Assembly: GCF_964355755.1 (NCBI RefSeq)
Contig: NC_092678.1
Coordinates: 18,369,365 to 18,433,364 of the forward strand
Origin: Antedon mediterranea
Taxonomy: Eukaryota; Animalia; Echinodermata
Length of the DNA: 64,000 nt
Reading direction: 5' to 3'
Within the stretch, counting starts at the first letter, position 1; every line of letters begins with the position of its first letter. The notes below the pieces were generated by a model. It searched no databases. It saw only the letters and a program-made list of their open reading frames with translations, and was not told the DNA's origin. Positions 12,101 through 21,100 of this stretch are shown piece by piece. A program made the translations under genes and the position numbers.

Positions 12101-15100
12101 TGAGGTCAAATATCAAAAGTGATATTATTCTTCAAGTGCACAAAAATACATATATGACAAATTTGAGACAAAAATTAATTCTTTTAAGACCAGTGGTTAT
12201 CGAAGCATTGTCCTGACGCAAAAATCCTATCCTATGATCATGTGTGACAATCTTCAGTTTATACCACCAGGCTATATTTATGTTCAATCTTTTACTTTTG
12301 TTTACAATAATGAATAGTAATTCGTCAAAGTAACGAATTAAAATATAGTTATTAGTTGCAGAGTCAGGTTGTTGAATGGTCTGGGTGGTTAGGGTGTTCT
12401 AAAGAGATAGTTTTCTGGGTGGTAATTGTCCGGGTGGTAATTGTCCGGGGGGTAATTGTCCGGGGGGTAATTGTCCGGGGGGTAATTGTTCCTAGGGGGT
12501 AATTGTCCGGGGGGTAGTTGTCCAGGGGGTAGTTGTCCTAAGGGGGTTGTTGTCCTAAGGGGGTAGTTGTCCGGGGGGTATTTGTCCGGGGGGTAGTTGT
12601 CCTAAAGGGGTAGTTGTCCTAAGGGGGTAGTGGTCCAGGTGGTGGTTGTCCGGGGGGTAGTTGTCCGGGGGGTAAATGTCCAGGGGGTGAATATCCGGAT
12701 ACGCTAAAAACAACGCGCGCCCGACAATGAACACGCGCCAATAATGCACGCACTACCCCACTATAGGCTAAAGCCTGGCTCTCCTACTGTACTACTAGGC
12801 CTAGACTATATTGATTTATAAATTAAAAAAAAGAGGCTTTGTAGAGTTTTATGATTAAAAACAGCTTTCCTATATATTATATGTTGCCCTTATTAATTTA
12901 CAAAACCACATTTTTTATCTTATGGCGTAAAAAATGATTTTAGCTACAACCATGTGTTCCATTTTCAATAGTGAAATACCCAAGAAGGCACATGTTTAAG
13001 CAGCCATTAAAAAAAAATAAAAAATAACCCCAACGAGATTTTTTTATTAACTACTATTGAAAAATCAAATATTCAGAAACTATAAAACCCACCTTCTCAA
13101 AAAATTGCGTTGTTTTATTACAGCCTCAACAAATTAGACGAAATTTTAACATTCGAATAGCCTAAAATTGTTTAAAAAACATCGGTGTAATTCACCCTTG
13201 TTTCACACAAATATAATGGGTTCGTCGATTAAAAAACAATATCACGTGGTTCGTAGATGCCTTGTCAAAGGTTTTCATGAATTATTCATTAGTAAATAAA
13301 ACCAAAAGTTCCAATTGGCCAGTTTGCAAAAACCTAAGATTTACTTTTCAAAACAAAATTGCTTCCGGGTAATTGTCCACACTGTCTCGTGTGCAAAAAC
13401 GATTGGCTGCCGATAGAGGGCTCACTACTTTTTGTCCCTGGTGAATCGAGTGTGTCCATTGGCCTGTACTCCATATGCATGTACTCCATTTGCCTGTACT
13501 CCGTTTTGCTGTACTCCATTGGTCTGAACGCCATTGCCTCTACTCCATTTGCCTGTACTCCATTTGCCTGTACTCCGTTGTCTTGTACTCCATTGGCCTG
13601 TACTCCATTGGCTGTACTCCATTTGCCTGTACTCCATTGGCCTGTACTCCATTTGCCTGTACTCCATTGGCCTGTACTTTGTTGGCCTGTACTCCATTTG
13701 CCTCCACTCCATTGACCTGTATTCTATCGTTTGTGTTTTTGAACAAACCCTAGAGTTTGTAAAGGTTGAAATACTGTATTTTATGTTTTAAAATATCTTG
13801 ATTGTTTTTTACAGGAGAAGCGAGAAGCATTAGAACCATTAAAAGATGAAGTCAACAAGCTGAATGAAGAAGTACAATCATTAACCAACTCCAAAGGATG
13901 GTTTGAACGAAGACTGCAAGAGATAGAGGTATAATTTGGTTTGAATACTTACTCAGATTAATAAATGCCATTCATAGAAACCTTGAGAAAATAATCAAAC
14001 ATGCTAAATGCAAACAACAGCATGTGATTCTAAACAGAAAGCATTGGGTGTGATAACATCAGAATAGAAAGTAATGTATTGTCATGATCCAACCTCATAT
14101 TGGATGTAGTCTCAGCTAGCTAATATCTTTAATGTGTTTGTTTATTACTTTATGTCACATGATATACTCCATACCTCACTTGTCTTTATTCACCAAATTC
14201 CAAACCTTTAAACAACATTGCCAAGATACAGAACCCTTTAAAAAATAGTTTTTTAACAATTTTTAGGAAGAGTTTAAAAAGACTGTGGAATCACATGAGC
14301 AGAAGGTCGGCGACCTCAACAAAACAATTGAAGAACAAGATAATGTGAGAATAACTGGTTTTTTTTTCATAAAGAAATGAAGTAAATTCTGCTCGCGGTC
14401 TACATCTTGTTTGTCTCACTGACGTAATTGTACATTTAAGAATACTTGCAAAACAATTTGTAATGATTGGTGTGTGCTCGAACCTACGACCTCCAGATCA
14501 CTAGTCTGATTTTTTTCATTTCTTTATTCGAATTCACAAAATAACACAACATATAAAATACAAAGAATGAATTCAGGGCAACACAAAAAGGTAACCAAAG
14601 GTCTAACTTATTTTCATTGTGGCCCTTAGGTTGAACTTATTTCCATTGTGGTCCTCAGGTTGAACTTATTTCCATTGTGGCCCTTAGGTCGAACTTATTT
14701 CCATTGTGGCCCTTAGGTCGAACTTATTTCCATTGTGGTCCTTAATACCATTGACCTTACATTGATGGCAAGGGTTGTATTCAACCCCAAGAAAACCAAT
14801 AGGTATTCGTTAGTTTCCAACTTGTGACCAAGATTTTTAAGCTTTCATGTTAACCCTCGCTTCCATTGAATCACCACGCTGTGCTGCAAATAAATAAAAA
14901 AATTGTTGGTATCTCTCACACAAAAGCAATTCATATGTCAACTGAACAATCAATGTTCTCAATCATGAGGACAGCTAACAAGTAACTGTCACGAATTAGT
15001 GATTGGAATCCAATGGAAATCCTTGACTAGTTATTCTACAGATACAGTTAAAAGAAACTATTAATTTGAATTAACTAATTTAAATTGATGATAATTTCAT

Positions 15101-18100
15101 TGTTAGGACTTTAAGGAACAGTTAAACAAACACAAACTGGAGTTAGAGAAATCTGAAGAAAAATGTGGAGAGTTACAGAATAAAATAGATGAATTAAAAC
15201 AGGTAAAAACTATTGAATGTTCTGTTGAAAATGACTTTTAAAATGAATGCTCAATTACATCCATGCTTTAATAATAGTGCATTAAAATTGTCAGTTTAAA
15301 ACTGTTTTTCTGATAGGTAAGACACTTGACTGTCATACAGAGAGACCCAGGTTCAATTCCTGACAACTCCCAGTCTACTCAGCTATAAATGAGTACCTGG
15401 TTGAAAATACTAGGGAGAAAATAACGACGTGGAAAGGAACTGGCCATCCTACCACATAATGCAGAGGCTTAGTACAATGAGCTCCTAACAGCTCATTTCC
15501 TACTTTCAGAAATGAATATGGGACTTACCAATTTGATAATTTCTACTATAAAATGTGTGTATTTTTTAGCATGCTATTGATAGTATTGAAGAACGAAAAA
15601 TCAGTGAGAAGAAAGGAATCACAATGGTAAATTATTCCTTTTACATCAAGAAAATTAATATTTTATGTTCATTTAAAAAAAGTAATGTAATGGTTGACAT
15701 CATTTATCAAGAGCAACCAGGCGATTGAGATCCATGTAAATGGAACTTACAAAGTTTATTTCAAATACAATTAATTGAGTTGATAAAAAGTAAGATTCAT
15801 TTAAATTAAACTGTAGTAATTTGTTTTGAATGATAGCAAATATTAATTTTTAGATAGTATATACGTAGTATATGTGGCAGATAAAAAAAATTATGTGTAA
15901 TGCATATAATTGAGTTTTAGAATTATAGACAAATTTGTTTACAGGTAAAAGACTTGAAACGTCAACTAAAAATGGAGAGAAAACGAGCAGAGAAGTTGCA
16001 AGAGAGGTTACAGCAGGTTCTAGCGGACACTTCACCATCTCGTCTAGGAATCGATCTCTTACAAATTCAGGACTACGAGAGTCGCCAAAAGCTGGACACC
16101 AGTAGCGTGTCCTCTTGGAGTCAGAGTGGTGTCGGAACCAGTTTGGATAACACGCAGGTAAAAAAGATACCTGTTGTGCTATAAGATCTAATTCAAAGTT
16201 ATCACCTTTGTGACCCTTTTTTCAGTCACCTAAGGAGTCTGCTGTTGTTTAGAGCTTTTATGTTATTTTTTCAGTTACTTGGGGGGTCTGATATGAGATT
16301 ACTGATTATTTAATATAGCATCCTTTAGTTATGAGTTTCATGATCTTTTTCAGTTACCCGAGGTGTCTGATATGAGATTACCAGTTACTTATTATAGCAT
16401 CCATTAGTTATGAGTTTCATGATCTTTTTCAGTTACCTGAGGTGTCTGATATGAGATTACCAGTTACTTATTATAGCATCCTTTAGTTATGAGTTTCATG
16501 ATCTTTTTCAGTTACCTGAGGTGTCTGATATGAGATTACCAGTTACTTATTATAGCATCCATTAGTTATGAGTTTCATGATCTTTTTCAGTTACCTGAGG
16601 TGTCTGATATGAGATTACCAGTTACTTATTATAGCATCCTTTAGTTATGAGTTTCATGATCTTTTTCAGTTACCTGAGGTGTCTGATATGAGATTACCAG
16701 TTACTTATTATAGCATCCTTTAGTTATGAGTTTCATGATCTTTTTCAGTTACCTGAGGTGTCTGATATGAGATTACCAGTTACTTATTATAGCATCCTTT
16801 AGTTATGAGTTGCATGATCTTTTTCAGTTACCTGAGGTGTCTGATATGAGATTACCAGTTACTTATTATAGCATCCTTTAGTTATGAGTTTCATGATCTT
16901 TTTCAGTTACCTGAGGTGTCTGATATGAGATTACCAGTTACTTATTATAGCATCCATTAGTTATGAGTTTCATGATCTTTTTCAGTCACCCGAGGTGTCT
17001 ATTGTTGGCGGCTCATTGAGTGATGAAACTACAGAATTGATAGCTAGGATAACAGAACTACAGCAAACTAACTGGACACTAGAAGAAAAGGTAAGATTAA
17101 AATAAATGATAAAATAACCAATAAAATAAACGTTTTATTTTGTTTTTTATTTTACTTTGTCCCAATTAATGCCCTCCATAGTGTACTATTCCTTGTATTA
17201 AATTTACCTTTGATCATTCACTACTAGCTCTTAATTCTACACACATACACAACAGAGGTCAATAATATCTGTAAGATTTGGTTGACTATTTGAATTGATT
17301 GAAATTGATTGATTGATTGATTGAAATTGATTGATTGAAATATATATTTATACTGGGTAACCTCTTCAGTCAAAGACTGGTCTCCCAGAGGGCCCAGTTG
17401 GTGATCAGTGGCTGTGATGTACTAATACACCGGGGTAACCCCCTACTCGTCTCGAAAGATGTACTAGGTTCTTTAAAGTGCACACGAGCAAGTTGTGTAC
17501 ACTGGACCTACGGTTTATAGTCCTTATCCGAGAAGACTCGTTCTACCACCAGAACCATGGAGTGAGTGAGCCTCGAACCCCTGCCGATGTTATGGCTACG
17601 TGATTACGGTTCCACTGTCTTAACCGCTCGGCCACTCACCCACAATAATAATGATACTTATTATTTCATCACATCTTCATACTAGAATCCAGTATAAATA
17701 ATGGCAATACAATTAGTAGTAAGTTAATTTAGAAAGAGATGCAATGATTTTAATAATATTCTGCACTCGTATACATACTCTGATATGTTTCTTACTTATA
17801 TTTCGTTGGGCGGTGTAAAATTCCTCTCTTTGCCTTTATAAAAATAAAATTTATTTCATATAGGTTCGACATTTAGAAGAGAGTAATTCATCAATGGCAG
17901 ATGATTTGTTAAAGAAAACCGCAATAATAGAAACGCATGTTATGGAAAGGCGTACATTGGGTAAGTGAAACAGCGATAGTAGAAACGCATGTTATGGAAA
18001 GGCGTACATTGGGTAAGTGAAACAGCGATAGTAGAAACACATGTTATGGAAAGGCGTACATTGGGTAAGTGAAACAGCGATAGTAGAAACGCATGTTATG

Positions 18101-21100
18101 GAAAGGCGTACATTGGGTAAGTGAAACAGCGATAGTAGAAACGCATGTTATGGAAAGGCGTACATTGGATAAGTGAAACAGCGATAGTAGAAACACATGT
18201 TATGGAAAGGCGTACATTGGGTAAGTGAAACAGCGATAGTAGAAACGCATGTTATGGAAAGGCGTACATTGGGTAAGTGAAACAGCGATAGTAGAAACGC
18301 ATGTTATGGAAAGGCGTACATTGGGTAAGTGAAACAGCGATAGTAGAAACACATGTTATGGAAAGGCGTACATTGGGTAAGTGAAACAGCGATAGTAGAA
18401 ACACATGTTATGGAAAGGCGTACATTGGGTAAGTGAAACAGCGATAGTAGAAACACATGTTATGGAAAGGCGTACATTGGGTAAGTGAAACAGCGATAGT
18501 AGAAACGCATGTTATGGAAAGGCGTACATTGGGTAAGTGAAACAGCGATAGTAGAAACGCATGTTATGGAAAGGCGTACATTGGGTAAGTGAAACAGCGA
18601 TAGTAGAAACACATGTTATGGAAAGGCGTACATTGGGTAAGTGAAACAGCGATAGTAGAAACGCATGTTATGGAAAGGCGCACATTGGGTAAGTGAAACA
18701 GCGATAGTAGAAACGCATGTTATGGAAAGGCGTACATTGGGTAAGTGAAACAGCGATAGTAGAAACGCATGTTATGGAAAGGCGTACATTGGGTAAGTGA
18801 AACAGCGATAGTAGAAACGCATGTTATGGAAAGGCGTACATTGGGTAAGTGAAACAGCGATAGTAGAAACACATGTTATGGAAAGGCGTACATTGGGTAA
18901 GTGAAACAGCGATAGTAGAAACACATGTTATGGAAAGGCGTACATTGGGTAAGTGAAACAGCGATAGTAGAAACACATGTTATGGAAAGGCGTACATTGG
19001 GTAAGTGAAACAGCGATAGTAGAAACACATGTTATGGAAAGGCGTACATTGGGTAAGTGAAACAGCGATAGTAGAAACGCATGTTATGGAAAGGCGTACA
19101 TTGGGTAAGTGAAACAGCGATAGTAGAAACGCATGTTATGGAAAGGCGTACATTGGGTAAGTGAAACTGTGAAAGTAGAAACGTTTACTTTTATATGATC
19201 CAAACAACAGCCATGCAATAGGCACAGGTTTCAAACTCTCCTCGACTGCAGTTGTGGTGGTAAAATAAGTCCTCTTGAATCTGGCTCAGGTTCACTACTA
19301 ACTGAAGCGCTGTCTACACTATTAAACTTTATGTGACAAAATGTGATGTGCCCATACATGGACATGATGATGTCGTATCACTACCATATTTAATAATAAT
19401 AATAGTTCATTCTTATATAGCGCTCTACAAGCAAGCTTCTCTAAGCGCTGAACATTATTACCCCAGTCATTTTTCGGATCAAACATGTATGGAAACATAC
19501 TCCCATAATGCAACGAGTAATCAGCGCAAAGTTGTGTCTTGATCTAACCGGGTACCCATTTATACACCTGGGTGGAGAGAGGCAAGCGTAAGTAAAGTAT
19601 CTTGCCTAAGGATACAAGCAATGCGGCAGGAGTTGGATTCGAACCTCGGTCTCACAATCCTTAGTCCAACGTCCAACACCCTGCGCCACACGCCCTCACA
19701 ATTAAAATATTTGGGTACATCAAACTAGTTTGACAGTGTGGACAGAGTTGCATATTTCAAAAGATTAGGGTGTAGTTTTGCTACATTAATAACGTCATCA
19801 TTTGTACTCGACGTTGCTAATGGACTGTTAGTGTCTTTGTAGGCCTGGTATGTTTATTGGGAAAAAGGCCTGTACTGGTACTACATAGCAGTAAATAATT
19901 ACACCTTACAAGTTGATGCAACAGTAGCATTATCATAACGCAGAGGCCTGAAGCCCCTTGTTTAGGGACGCTAAGTTGCCCTCCTACGCTTTATGTGTTT
20001 GTTCGACATATTTCAATGCCTTTTTCTGCGAACCCTGGGTTTAGCCAGTAAAGTAGCTGAGCCAATTCCATGCTAGAATCTGTTTTCCTTCCAAAACAAA
20101 CGAAACTAAGTAGTAGACATATTGTAATCTCTACACATACTTATTATTTGTAGATCCATCAAGGACAGCTACTCCAGAGAAGAACATGGCATTAAAGAAG
20201 ATGATGAAGTTTGTCAAGGGTACAGATGACGACCACAATGCAAAGGAGATGAACCACAAACTACAGATAATGCTAGAAGAAACATTAACAAAGAATATGC
20301 ATTTACAAAAGGTAACACCTAAATATTTTATTTATACTGGGCAAAGACTGGTCTCCCAGAGGGCACAGTTATGATCAGTGGCTGTGAGGTACTAGTACAC
20401 AGAGGTAACCCTACTCAAAAGATGTAATAGGTTCTTTGAAGTGCACACGAGCTAGATGTGTACACTGGACCTACGGTTTAGAGTCCTTATCCGAGAAGAC
20501 TCGTTCTACCAACAACCATGGAGCGAATGAGCCTCGAACCCTTGCTTATGTTATATCCAGAGTTTTGTTTTGAATAATGAATTAAAATTAATTTCAAGTA
20601 TGTACAAGTTTATACAAGGGAATACAAGGAATATTTGTAAAGGCCAACTCGGACAGCATCGTACGAAAGGCTCAATTTAATGTCTTGACTCGTCAGTGCT
20701 GTCTTAGTTGAATCCCGACGGGACGAATCGTTTTTAGATAGCTTTGGGTGTAGTTTTTAGGTCGTCAAAGTTAGTAACCCTATAAGATGAAAGCTTTTAA
20801 TTTAGCTTATAGCTTAATATCCATGCACTGAAAAAATCGAGTCAGAGTAGCCTAGGGTGAATTGAAGTGCAACCCATACTCTCTGTTGTGTTTCATATCA
20901 TCTTGTGAGTCCATAGAACTACTGTTCCCCACTAACTTATACAGTCAACTTTTCCAATACCGGACACCTTTGAGGTGGCCTTATATGTCTGGTTTTCTGG
21001 AAAGTCTGGTATTCAGAATGTGTTTTAATGGTAACAATGAATTCCGAAACTTTGGATCTCGAGAAAATTCTCATTTTGGAAGAGTTACCAGTTTTAGTCA

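Larger units (their letters stand above)
9494..13454. mobile_element. Non-autonomous CAC...GTG DNA transposon (Chapaev/Transib/RAG-like group) with RSS-like asymmetric ends
   Basis: Interrupts the 15-bp array; TSD TCCA at 9490-9493 and 13455-13458; ends CACATCC... and ...GAGTGTG; subterminal GGGACA..AAGT motif in inverted orientation at both ends. Confidence 0.78.

Noticed and set aside
11255-12749. ORFs 11255-11590 and 12555-12749
   Set aside because: Translations of transposon subterminal tandem repeats.
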